A DNA stretch of 61,432 nt, filler included, from Catajapyx aquilonaris (Eukaryota): NCBI GenBank assembly GCA_000934665.2. It is 3 parts of 3 records of this genome, joined end to end, with 100 filler letters (N's around TTAATTAATTAA, not from the genome) between each part and the next. Parts side by side here need not be neighbours in the genome. Positions count along the whole stretch, not along the records: positions 20,507 to 40,924 come from JYFJ02006260.1; 2 more parts are not named here. The stretch is one strand, 5' to 3'. The position numbers and the translations under genes were made by a program. The notes below the pieces were generated by a model. That model was not told the DNA's origin and ran no database searches. It was given only the letters and a program-made list of their open reading frames with translations. Below, piece by piece: positions 26,187 through 37,214 of the stretch (position 1 is its first letter; each line of letters starts with the position of its first letter).

Positions 26187-28444
26187 AAAGAGTTCAAAAG
26201 AACTCAACTTGAGTTTTTGAAACTATTTTTTTAGAGAGTTGCTTTAGAGTTATTAATAGAGCCTATTATTCAATCACCCAGGATATAGTTTCTGTTGGAC
26301 CAATCAGAGCGAGGTTTTTGATGGGATGGAAAAAGGCACATATACCGTATTTATGCCATTTGGAATACAGTATTATAAAGACTTCTATTTTTACACAGTG
26401 TGGCTTGGCGAAATTAATGCGCAAATCTTAATCTCATTTTGACACACTTATAGTCAGGGTTAGTAAAATGCTGGGATGTAGGTCCGTTAGATCTGGTTTG
26501 TTTGGTGGAACATGGTTCTATAGAGTGGGTGGTGATAATGACTGGCCTTCACGTGCCTGTCTCATATCAAAGCAAAAAATAATGGACATGTCTCATGTGA
26601 TCTGAACAGTTGAGTGGCTGAGAAGCAGAGTGGTTCATGTCGAAAAAGATAGTTTTGAGATAAACGCATGCAAAGTTCTAGGCTTGCCTTTGCAGCCATG
26701 GTAAAAGTAAGTCACATTAACTTAATAATTTGATAGCAAATATTACAAACGTCTTTAGGCCAAGTTACAAAACAGAGTTGGGCATGGGGAATGCCATGCA
26801 AGCGACAACTCAAAATTGCCAGTTTCTACGAGTTTCTATTAGTTCTAAAAATGCCGCAACAAGTACCGTAAGCCTCATTTCATCTTAGCAAATATTCCTT
26901 ACTGCGTATAATGGAAGAAAAAAGTGGCAATAACAGTCATTATATATTGTCCTGGCTCTACTACATTTTACATTAGTATAGGATGTAATGGCGGCGATAG
27001 CGTTAATGCCCCTGAAGTGAATTTGAAGGTGGAAAGGTTAGGTGGTAGGGTTTCGTAAGTAAAATGGATGGAGGTGCGTCTCTGGTAAATGCAGTGGGAT
27101 GGGCTTGTAAAATATTTTACTGCCTCCAAGATGAAGTAGAGAGTCTGTATTTACTTTTTATGCGGTTGTTACGTCTTCACTCAAGATCCCCTTCGCTGTG
27201 GCCGTAAAAGATATTCAAGTCTTTTACCATATAAACGACGATGCGCAAGTCTAAATTTCTATATATTGAACTTGTAATACTCACATAACAGCAAATACTA
27301 TCACCCTTTATGATAAGAGTTACCCCGCACGTAACACTTGCTTATGGTAATATTTGGCCTAATTGCACTTGACTTTCAAGCTGGTTAATGCAATTTACTT
27401 CAGCACCACGTACACAGCATATCGATTTGTCTTATACATTGAAAGCAAGTTCCCCTTCAGGTTGACATGTTCAAGAAATAATATAGTTGGTTTAAATATT
27501 TTGTTTAAAATTAATATCGAATAACTTACTCATGAGATAAGGCTTCTATCACTTTCTCAGGATATGTACGAAAGAGAGACAAAAGTGTATACGAACAATA
27601 TAACCCTCGGGCGTCGCAGTTTTACGACTTTGAATCACGACGCCTGAGGGATTATCGGCCGGTTTCAAAATGTCCGGAAGCATAAGATCAAAACCTGATT
27701 GTGCAAATGGGCTCTCTTAGGCTTCACCGCCAGGCTTTTTGATGCCCTTCCATCCCAATCTCCAGGGTGACGGCCACAATTAACCACTTTCTTAGCAGGC
27801 GAGAAAATTCCTACCATCTCCGTCTATTCTCATTATGAAATCACTACCAATGGAGTCCGTTCTGATAAAAGCTAGACTGGACTTCTGATGTCTTTGCACC
27901 AAGGTAGACTGATACAAAGACGTGGGAGTTGAAAGTCGATCAATTAGAGTCAAATTCAAGTTTGCACAATGTTTCAAAAGTAGGTTAAAGGTGACATATT
28001 GAAATGAACGTAGGTGTCAGAAATAATTTTTTTTTGATTATTCTCATGAAGAAGCACTGCATTTCCGTGCGTCACGTCGCGTCGTCTGAGAAACATTTAG
28101 GTTTCTTTAGAATTTAGTAGGTGTGGGAATGTATCTGTTACAATGGTTACAATATAGCGTCGTGTGTCTAGCCGGTTTCCGATTCCACCTAAGATTTGTC
28201 TGGGGACTAAAAGAGTCAACATGATTTTCCTAAGAATTCCCATCAGAGCAATACTACAAGATAACAAGAAGTCCCACAGCAAACGTCAACTGCAAATAGG
28301 AAGGAAACTCATGACCTGTGGTAGCACCCTTATGAATGAGCAGTAGAGTCTAGTAAAAAAGGAACGGGTGCCTAGAGGGTTATTCTGTAGCCTGATTGAA
28401 AAAGCTGAAATATGAGCTTGATTATGGTCATGTACCTTTTTCAG

Positions 28445-30584
28445 ATGGCGCGTTCGACTCGCTTCCCAAGATTTCTCATCATAATGCCTTCGCTTATCAG
28501 TTATTTCCTTCTCGTGGCTGGATTGGTCGATCAGGATCTTCAAGCTACATTCAATGCCAGGTAAGGATCATGGTACGAAGACATGAAATGCAGAACGATC
28601 AGAGCTGCCATTTTTTTCAAACTGTCTTATCTCAGAATTATTTTAGTGTGGCTGATTGTTCTGAATTTCATGGCTGCATGCATATAGGGTCACTCGACAT
28701 TGCTACTAATACAACATAATGATGATGTAAATTCAGGCCCGACTCAATGGCATATATGTGTAACTGCGTATTATTTTTTAAATTTAATTTTCACTTCCAT
28801 AACATTTTTGTCATGAATTGTACAAGTTTTTGTTTCACTCTACATTGTAGAGCAGTGTGTATACACTATCTCCTTACTTACTTCCAGGACATTGGATGAT
28901 TGGAGGCAGGTATGGCATGAAGAGCGTCATGCCCGTTGCCGCAAAGACCTGCTGAATCACATGAGGTGGGTTTGCCAGAAGGACATCTACAAGATTGTAA
29001 AGAAGAAAGAAGTGGCTGCCACCAGTGAAGGTGAAGTAGTAGTGAAAGACCATTGTTACGCATGGATTCTGCTTGAAAAAACTATCATTGTTTCCGTTTC
29101 CATATGTTCCGCGTCACCTTTTTTTAACTAACCTTATAGAGGGTGTTCCAATTGAAATGGCCAAGTTAGTTAACTATTTTAGTCATTAAACTGCTTCTTT
29201 TAAACCGACAGTTACTTTGGAACAGTCATTTTAGCGGTTATCCCAAGTATTACCTGTTAATATAAAGTTGCGAGAACCCATCATTTTAACGCATGCAAGG
29301 GCCTGCACAAAAATACTGGTTCTGTTATTGACGTTCGAAGGCTCCATTGGGCAATTTAGGTTTGAAAATTCATTGAACTTCAGAGCTTGGATAGACGATT
29401 CAATTTGGCCTAATATTAGCACCTAACACAAAGTAACTGATTCAAAATAACCAGGTATGAGAGAAAAAATGCAAATTAAAAAGGACAATTCAAATGGAAC
29501 ACCCTGTGTAAATATTATTAATAATCAATTGAATCAGTGAAATGAAAAGGAACCAAGTACACTTCTCTCAGCTGTGTAGGAAAAGGGAAAGATTATTTTT
29601 ATTTCACGATAAACGAATGTAAAATGTTTATTACTTTATTTCGAACCATTCTATTCAATATCCTTACTATAATATACCTTCAGACCTAATCACCAGCTAC
29701 CTGGTACTTCCTTTAGCGATAAGCTGATTTCAGTTGCCGGATTTGAGCTATTTTATGAATAAGTATTTTTTTCTGGAAGTGATGGTTTCCATTGTTTCCG
29801 CACTCCCCAGTGGTAATTAGGACACCATATTAATTTCTTATGCCCTATCATGAGTAAAACATAATAATACCTTATTATCGAAGATAATATACCCTATCGG
29901 ATATTTTCACTTCATTTATGTTAGTACAATATATTAGGTTTCTGTCATATAGACATTTCCATGTGGCTGTTCATAATTAATTATGTCCACTTAACTCGAA
30001 TGACTTCCTTGTACTACTGATCTGAACAATATTATTCGCAGTCGCTTACATTACAGGTTGTGCGGTGCATTGTTCTATAGGACGGGCATAATTATAGACT
30101 AAAGGGACGCACAGGTGTTCCGACAAACCTATAAGGCTACATTTATATGAAGCAGCAGATCATTTATGTATACACGGGTAGGCCTATAACGATTCATTCA
30201 GGTGTGTTTCCCTCCGTATGCCTTTTAAAAATAATTCAATTTCTATTTCCTTTTAAAAATAATGTCAAATATGGTGTTTAATTTTAACTGAGAATTTTAT
30301 ACTGTGTAGTATACAAGCGTGTGTACAATGCATTTATGTAGCTGACAACAAACGTCATAATTTATTAATTATATCCCGAAGGTATCCCCAAAACACTGGT
30401 AGAGGCGCTGCCTTTCGTATCTGCGCAACAGGCCAAGACGCTTCTTCTGCTGCGCAAGGGCCGCTTGCACCGAAGCAAAAGGAAGGCATCCAGCATCACA
30501 GAAGAGTGTTGCCACAGCAATGGGTGCACCTGGGAAGAGTATGCCGAATACTGCCCCGACAACAAGCGCCTGCGCTCCTTTTAG
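28445..30584 (+). CDS. Ilp7: dilp7 ortholog (arthropod relaxin-like insulin peptide), ~153 aa
   Basis: Exons 28445-28560, 28888-29030 and 30382-30584 (phases 2, 1; in-frame alternative acceptor at 30403). Protein: MARSTRFPRFLIIMPSLISYFLLVAG-LVDQDLQATFNARTLDDWRQVWHEERHARCRKDLLNHMRWVCQKDIYKIVKKK...LPFVSAQQAKTLLLLRKGRLHRSKR-KASSITEECCHSNGCTWEEYAEYCPDNKRLRSF*. WHxERH..C, CxKDIY and GCTWEEYAEYCP are diagnostic of dilp7 orthologs. AATAAA at 30998. Confidence 0.95.
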
Positions 30585-32679
30585 TGATGACGATCATCAC
30601 TACTTTCCCACCTACTTTGTCTCAATTGTAGTCTCCCCTCCTCATTTTTAATATTGGTAAATAATCGGAGACTGTCCGAAACATGTAAGTCATTACTTGA
30701 ATGACTTGAATGTGAAAGTAACGCGTAAGCATGGAGTAGTAAAAATATGACAAAGGCTGGACTCCTCCATGCTGACGATGGTATACTTCAGGGTAGATAA
30801 GTCTTAAACGTTCCACAGTAACCTGGACCATATAGATACTCAACTGGACTTTTTTTTTGAGAGTTAGCTACCTCAATATTCTGCTGTTTAAACAACAGGA
30901 CAATACTTTCACGTGCATAATTATTGTCGTAGTAGATTTTTTGCGTCTGATGTTTCTGAGGCTTAATGTGTCATATTCACGCTTGTAAGCAATTATGAAT
31001 AAAGACGGACCAAATCTGCATATGTCTTCTTTCTGAGACTTCTGGTCTTAAAATAAGGTCACATTTTGCAGCACGCAATATGTGATCACAAAATGTAATC
31101 CCATAATGGACGCATGACCGTGCATTATGAAATGGCAAAGTCCTTTTCCGAATGGGCGATCAAACTCAAATGATGTTTTCGTATTATGCAACCTGATAGG
31201 GGGAGACGAACTCTGAGTGGCACGTGCCACATTTGTAGCTCTTAAAGTATTGATTGGCTATTTCGAACCCGAGGTATTTGAACCTTTTTTTTCCATAACT
31301 TCATTCAGGTTCCGTTGCGTAGTAATTGGTTCAGTTATGAATTTTTAAATAATTATACAGTATATATTTTTGACACATTGATTTTCAATTCGACTATCAT
31401 TTTGCTTTTCTATAGTCTTTATTTGTAATCAAAATGTGCATGTTAGCTGCATTATAATTCGACGTGGATTTCTTCATCATCATGAATTTCCTCATCGTTC
31501 ACCCCTTGCCATGGGGACATCTCAGCTTATTTTTTTAGTAGGGTCAAGATTCTCCAAGTGCGCAACTCAGCTGTGGCCTCTTGTCTATAGGCAGCGGTTC
31601 AATATAAAGCGTAATATCTGGCACTTCATTTCACTTATAAGTGTGACTCATGTTTTTCTCGTGGAAAGTTAATGTTTTACAGAATATGGCCGAAAATTCC
31701 AGGAATTAATATTATTTCGCAGTTTTAATAAGAAACTTAGTTGACACGCCTTTGACATTCAAACCAGGCATATTCCGGTCAGAGAGTGGGATGTAGAAAA
31801 GTGTGCTGCGCGCTTCCTTCTGAAAGCTGCTTTGGGTAACTTTTTGTATGTGGTTCTTCCCTCGTCTCGAACATTAATTAAGTGTGGGTTAATCCTATTG
31901 GGTAATATAGGCTTCTCTGGCAACTCGAATGTCACCAGGTCTGTAGTCATTCGAATGCTGTAATTTTCTGGATCCTTACTAAGTGGAATTAAAAATTTTC
32001 TTTCCAAGAGGCAGGTAAACAGTAGTTAATATTCGGTATGAAAAAATATGCATAGAATTATCATACATCAAAGGTTGCATCGATGGCACAATACATTACA
32101 CGCGACAAAAGATTGGAGGACTTAGTCGACGATCCTGCGCAGAGACACTCAATCTTTTAAGCCCTCTAAGGGGAAAAAAGAGCTGATTCTTCTTCAATAG
32201 TTTACATCACGTCGGTAAGCACGGTTGTTCACTTGTCTTTGACCCTGACCCCATCCCGCTTGTTGTCACTATGTATAGTGCATGCCAAATGAATTTCCCG
32301 GTCACGTGCCTCATCCCGATGTCCTCATCAAACACCCCATCAGAAAACCCCGGTGTACTGAAAGCAGTGTTGTAACTGAGTTAACGGCCTCCGCAAAACA
32401 ACTTGAAAGAGAATAGGTAATGGGCAAGTTCAGTGGCAGTCTGTTCTGTTTTAGGCGACGATGCACCTTAGAGCTGTTGTGACAGTGTTGCTACTAGTGG
32501 TGGATATATGCCATGGCCATCAGACATATCGCCTATGTGGTCGACACCTTTCAGAAGCACTTAGGATCATCTGCAAAGGAAGAGGTTACAACTCACCCGA
32601 GTCGCAGAAAGGTCAGTAGGCTATCCAGGTCTGAACTTTGCACTACAATAGTTAAAACGTGTGGATTTTAACTACCGGT

Positions 32680-33280
32680 ATATCCATATATGTTCCGAGT
32701 TTGGGGGGTCACTTCTTGATAACTGATATCACCCTATAGCAGTAGTTATATAGAAAGGGGCACATGGTTAGGGGCACAATAAGCTACAAAAAATAACTGC
32801 TATCGGGCGATATCAGTTTTGGTTTACCCCGTGATTGTCCTACATAGGCCCTGTTTTCTTGTATTTTGCTTTCCTCCGGTGCAAGGGGACAGGATAGGTA
32901 TAATATGTGGGGGACATTGCAGGTGCAATGTCTCAAGTTGGGGGTCGTGTGCAGTCCCTCAGGGGGCCCGTTCGCCAGGATGACCCGCTAGATGCGGGTC
33001 AGAAACCCCCACCGGCCACCGACACCGCACCTCCTCATGGACGGGACAAGGATAGGAAATGAAGGAAGCGACTGTGGCCTATTATTTAGGAAAGTAATCC
33101 CGGAATTCTCCTGGGGGGACCGTGGGAAACCACAGAAAACCACGGTTAGGATTTCCCACCCCGGGGCTCGAACCCAGGACCTCCCGATTAGCAGTAGAAC
33201 ACCTTATCCACTCCTCCAAACTGCTTCGGTGCGGTATCAAGTTATCAAGAAGTGAACCCCCAAACTTGGAACACCCTGTA
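32680..33280. mobile_element. Tc1/mariner-type MITE with nested SINE
   Basis: Inverted ends GTTCCGAGTTTGGGGGTCACTTCTTGATAACTGATA / TTATCAAGAAGTGAACCCCCAAACTTGGAACACCCTG|TA; internal sequence shared with 59320-59861. Confidence 0.7.
32819..33233 (-). mobile_element. tRNA-derived SINE, family 4 (full length)
   Basis: tRNA-like head with a GGTTCGAGCC B box and a CACGGGGTAAACCAAAA tail. Confidence 0.8.
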
Positions 33281-33628
33281 TAACCTACCGTCAAACGGGG
33301 TGAGATTGTGCCTTTTGAGGGTTTTCTTGCAAGCAAATCAGAGTAATTATTATTGATATATCGGAACGAATATTTTATAAATTGCTGCACATCTCACCTT
33401 TCAGATCATACGTGAAAATAATTTTTATACAGTATAAGTTACTAAGGAAGGGGAGATATAAATTCTTTTCCGTGTCACAATTTCACACCGTCGAGTGGGA
33501 TGAGATTGGGCTAGCCTATTTAAATGCTTGAAATGAATAGGAAGAGAATACTAGTAGAGAGGGGTGATTTTCGCATCTGTCACTGATCTAATAAATTACT
33601 GAAAACCATACTTTTCTGATATAGCCTA

Positions 33629-33839
33629 CAGGGTGTCTAAACTTTTTTGTCCGAACAGTTATCGGAAATATTGCACTAAGCTGCTACTTTGTAAGCAGTG
33701 TATGCGACTTCAACCTAAGATTCGCAGGGAATATTCCCCATTCCTCCGACAAATCGGTTGCAAGTCACAGCTTACAAAGTAGAAGCTTAGAGTGCAATAT
33801 TTCTGATAACTGTTCGGACAAAAAAGTTCAGACACCCCG
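33629..33839. mobile_element. Tc1/mariner-type hairpin MITE
   Basis: TA|CAGGGTGTCTAAACTTTTTTGTCCGAACAGTTATC ... GATAACTGTTCGGACAAAAAAGTTCAGACACCCCG|TA. Confidence 0.8.
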
Positions 33840-34884
33840 TATTTGGCAATAAGGAGAAGGCAGAAGAAAATTACGTTTTTTTTTTGGTCTTTCCTAATTT
33901 ACGGGTGAGCTAATTTTGCATTTTTGTGAATAGTTTTCATTATAAAATGCAGTAGTGTGCATTAGCTACAAGCATATGTAAATGTGTATTCGTTGCAAAA
34001 GTGGCCATTTGGCTATAACAGACCTCGGTTATAACATACTTTCCCCCGGTCCCTTGAAGTCTGTTATATCCGGAGTCAACTGTATTTGTATTATAATTTT
34101 ATATATACCGTTGTTTCTTAGGTCCGTTTATAAGTCATGAAAGGGCTTCCGACGTGTTTCGATCTATAAGACACCAGAAAGGCATAGCTCACGAATGTTG
34201 CGTGCAATCGTGTTCATACAACACTATGGAAAAATATTGTATGCCCAAAAGAAGCGATGAACTCCCAACAGCCAAAAGGTAGGTACGGTCCATTTCAAAT
34301 CTGTAATCAATAAATTATATTGCATCCAATTATTACTCAGACTCTGGTGGGAATCGCATTTCCACATCGCCAAAGTCAAAGATAGGAAAAGTCGTCCAAA
34401 GACTGGTAGACGGAAGGGCAGAAAAATTCTTCGCCATCGAAAATGTGGTTGTCATCGTCGAGGACGTCATGTGACGTCAACCCAAGTAAGCAAAAGCACT
34501 AATATTAGTCTGGGTTCGCTTTATTCAATATTCGATATTTCATGTATTCATTTCCAGGAAATTAAGTGGGAGGCTGGAACGATTCAACCACCAATTAGAA
34601 CCGGGTTAATATTACTAGACGACTTGGATAACGTAATGTGATAGCCCATGCACCTGCACTTTATTTGCCTGTACAGTAGTTGTTTTCAATTTTTCATGTG
34701 TGTAAACTGTACTATCTGCATCCACGATCAAAGCATAATAGAACAGTAGCTTCACACACACTTCTTGTTATTTGGTTTCAAAAAACATGTTACAACGTCA
34801 GAAACTCCTTTTATACAACGTATTAACTAATTACAAAAAAAAAAGATAGATAAAATGTCATAAGGGACTAACACCTGCCCCGTG

Positions 34885-34943
34885 TATAAAAAGGCCCATG
34901 AAATGTCGAACTGATCTCTCTAGATCGCCAATCATCAACCGAG
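34885..34943 (+). promoter_or_regulatory. TATA box and short non-coding first exon of the IGF gene
   Basis: TATAAAAA at 34885; donor GAG|GTAAGT at 34944; the intron ends TTTTTCTTCAG|ATG at 35005/35006. Confidence 0.7.
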
Positions 34944-35005
34944 GTAAGTGGTAGTCCCTATTTGACTCCTGAACCTATTTGAACTTTGGGTACATTTTTC
35001 TTCAG

Positions 35006-35938
35006 ATGGTTTTCTGGAAGTTCCTGGTAGTGCTGATGGCACTGATATCAATGGGCAACTGTGGCAGAGAGAAGCTTTGTGGAAGACGGCTAGTCGAATC
35101 ACTTCGATTGGCATGTGAAGGTCGCGGGTATAACGGACATCAAGGTAAGAAATAGTCATATCCTCCAGCAAGTGTTAAATTCTCTGTATGTCCACAGTTG
35201 AAGATTGCGGAATCGTTACTGAAGGCCCTACAAGAGAACGACGTTCGGCAACTACTATTAGCAAGGGAATTGTTGACGAGTGCTGTTACTCATCTTGCTC
35301 GCACCAAACCTTGACGTCATATTGCAGACAATTGTGCCACCAATCAGATACCAATGACAATGAGTAAGAAGCCGAATAGTTTTAATCTAATATGAATAGT
35401 GTTTTAATACTAAGTTGCACGCGCCAGGTATTTGGTGTTTTTACTGTACGGGTCCCCAGCTGATAAGGGAAGAAGTAACGGACTGTTTACCCCAGCAACT
35501 CGTTTGGTCAAGAGAAGCAACAATTATTATGACAAGTGAGCATGTCTCTGATGCTTCCAATGATATTTTTAAAAATAACTGTTGATGTGGTAAACAACTT
35601 CTTCCACTATCCGCCCACTCTTTTATGTTGCCTATACACCTATTATGACTGATACTATAAAAATGTAACCTAATTCTAATTATAAACAGAATGACCCCTG
35701 ATGATTCAGCACAGATGGATTCGCCCGATAGTACATCAGCACCTGCAGTTGCCACCCAACATAACAATGTCATACAGGTTAATTTCATGCAAATGTTAGC
35801 CTAACCTTCAGAAGTTAACATAACTCTGTATGACAGATTGAGACTGATACGCCACCAAACCAGGATTCCCCAGAAGAATTGGAGGTAGGAACAATCCAAC
35901 CGATCGACGTGGGTCAGCTGATCCATCTTGACGACTAG
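35006..35938 (+). CDS. IGF: Arthropod IGF-like peptide with C-terminal extension, ~200 aa
   Basis: Exons 35006-35144, 35198-35363, 35428-35535, 35690-35777 and 35837-35938, all phases compatible. Protein: MVFWKFLVVLMALISMGNC-GREKLCGRRLVESLRLACEGRGYNGHQVEDCGIVTEGPTRERRSATTISKGIVDECCYSSCSHQTLTSYCRQLCHQSD...EELEVGTIQPIDVGQLIHLDD*. Canonical B (C-X11-C) and A (CC-X3-C-X8-C) domains, short C domain; GTIQP resembles the GTVxP motif of arthropod IGF tails. The core is secure; the tail exons are less so. Confidence 0.88.
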
Positions 35939-36270
35939 TCCCAGCCTATACATAATATCACCTCTATATAAGTCCACTATACACGACCTCGATTGATGTA
36001 CGCACTATTACTGATTTTTATTCAATTATTACCATATTAAAGGGCCCTCAAAATGATAAGCATGTATCAGAGACTTTCCGACCTTGACTTCACGATAATA
36101 TATACTAACGTATAAATACGGCTTGCAATAATTGGCTAACTTTAGCCGAATTTATACAGTATATGTATACGTACCATTGAGGACGGAAAGTCTCTAGTGT
36201 TATTACTTTAGGAACCTAACAATTTTGCAGATTCTTCAGATGAATGATCACTTGCACTTTGCAAGTTGGC

Positions 36271-37214
36271 TTAACTTTTACCTGGATTTTGGCATGCACT
36301 GGCGAAGTTGCAAGTTTGAGAAAAACAACAGTGCGAAAAGTCATAGTTTCTCCTGACTTTTCTCAGCAGATTTTCGTAGTCGCCTTCCATCACGTCTTCA
36401 AGTGCCAGTAAAAAGTCGTTAGAATCTTCATACAGAAGCGTAGTCCACAGTGATCGACGTTTACCTGTTGTGGTAAAGATTGTGTGTTATTTTTCACATA
36501 ATTATGAAAAAGTGCAATATCCAACAAAATAACCAATAAAAACACTTTTGCTTCAGTATCGTTCAGTACACACGATTTTCACAATTGACATGCAGTATAC
36601 TGAATGTAATTTTTTTTTGGAACTAACTTTGTTATTAATTTTATTTTCATATTGGTCAATATCGTTTTATTGTCTCGATATGGTCTGAAGTATTATGTAT
36701 TAACTCACGGCCGGTCCATGTTCGAAGGCAGGATTTGCGGACTTCATTATCTAGGTAATTAGATGTACAACATGAATCGCAATAAGCAGGTATGAAGTTG
36801 GACTCCTGGGGTGTAGGAGATGTGACAACTTGGAATATCATATTTGAAGATATCAGCAGGATGAGGAAGACCTCTATGCAGTGTTGGAATTCCTAATGAG
36901 GATTTTAAATGCCAAATAAATACAATGTGAAATTTAAAAGTGTTTAGTACAGGAGATATTACATAATAACGCTTCGCTAACAGTCTGTGTATGTACTGTA
37001 CAGGTGAGCTTGCACTGCAACCCACAGCTATAGAATATGTTAATGAGACATGCTGCACTTAATTTGCATGTACTGTACAGTACACATACTAGGTGTTCAC
37101 AATACATAATGAATTAATTTGCAAATACAACCGGGCTTAAAACTATATTAGAGCTGAACAACCTGATCATGAATAAGGTTATACTACAGGAACTTTAGCA
37201 CGAGTACTTACCAT
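36271..37214 (-). CDS. Divergent insulin-like prepropeptide, gonadulin-like by synteny and architecture, 126 aa
   Basis: Exons 37214-37212 (GCCATG|GTAAGT), 36892-36709 and 36464-36271(TAA). Protein: MEFQHCIEVFLILLISSNMIFQVVTS-PTPQESNFIPAYCDSCCTSNYLDNEVRKSCLRTWTG-RKRR-SLWTTLLYEDSNDFLLALEDVMEGDYENLL-RKVRR-NYDFSHCCFSQTCNFASACQNPGKS*. It has a signal peptide, the insulin-family phase-1 intron after the B chain, two basic cleavage sites and a CC-containing A chain. Confidence 0.82.

Noticed and set aside
31759..32007. Minus ORF with RRKR followed by weak A-chain-like residues, between dilp7 and IGF
   Set aside because: No CC doublet, an in-frame stop, and no convincing signal or B-chain exon, so a fourth insulin gene is not supported.
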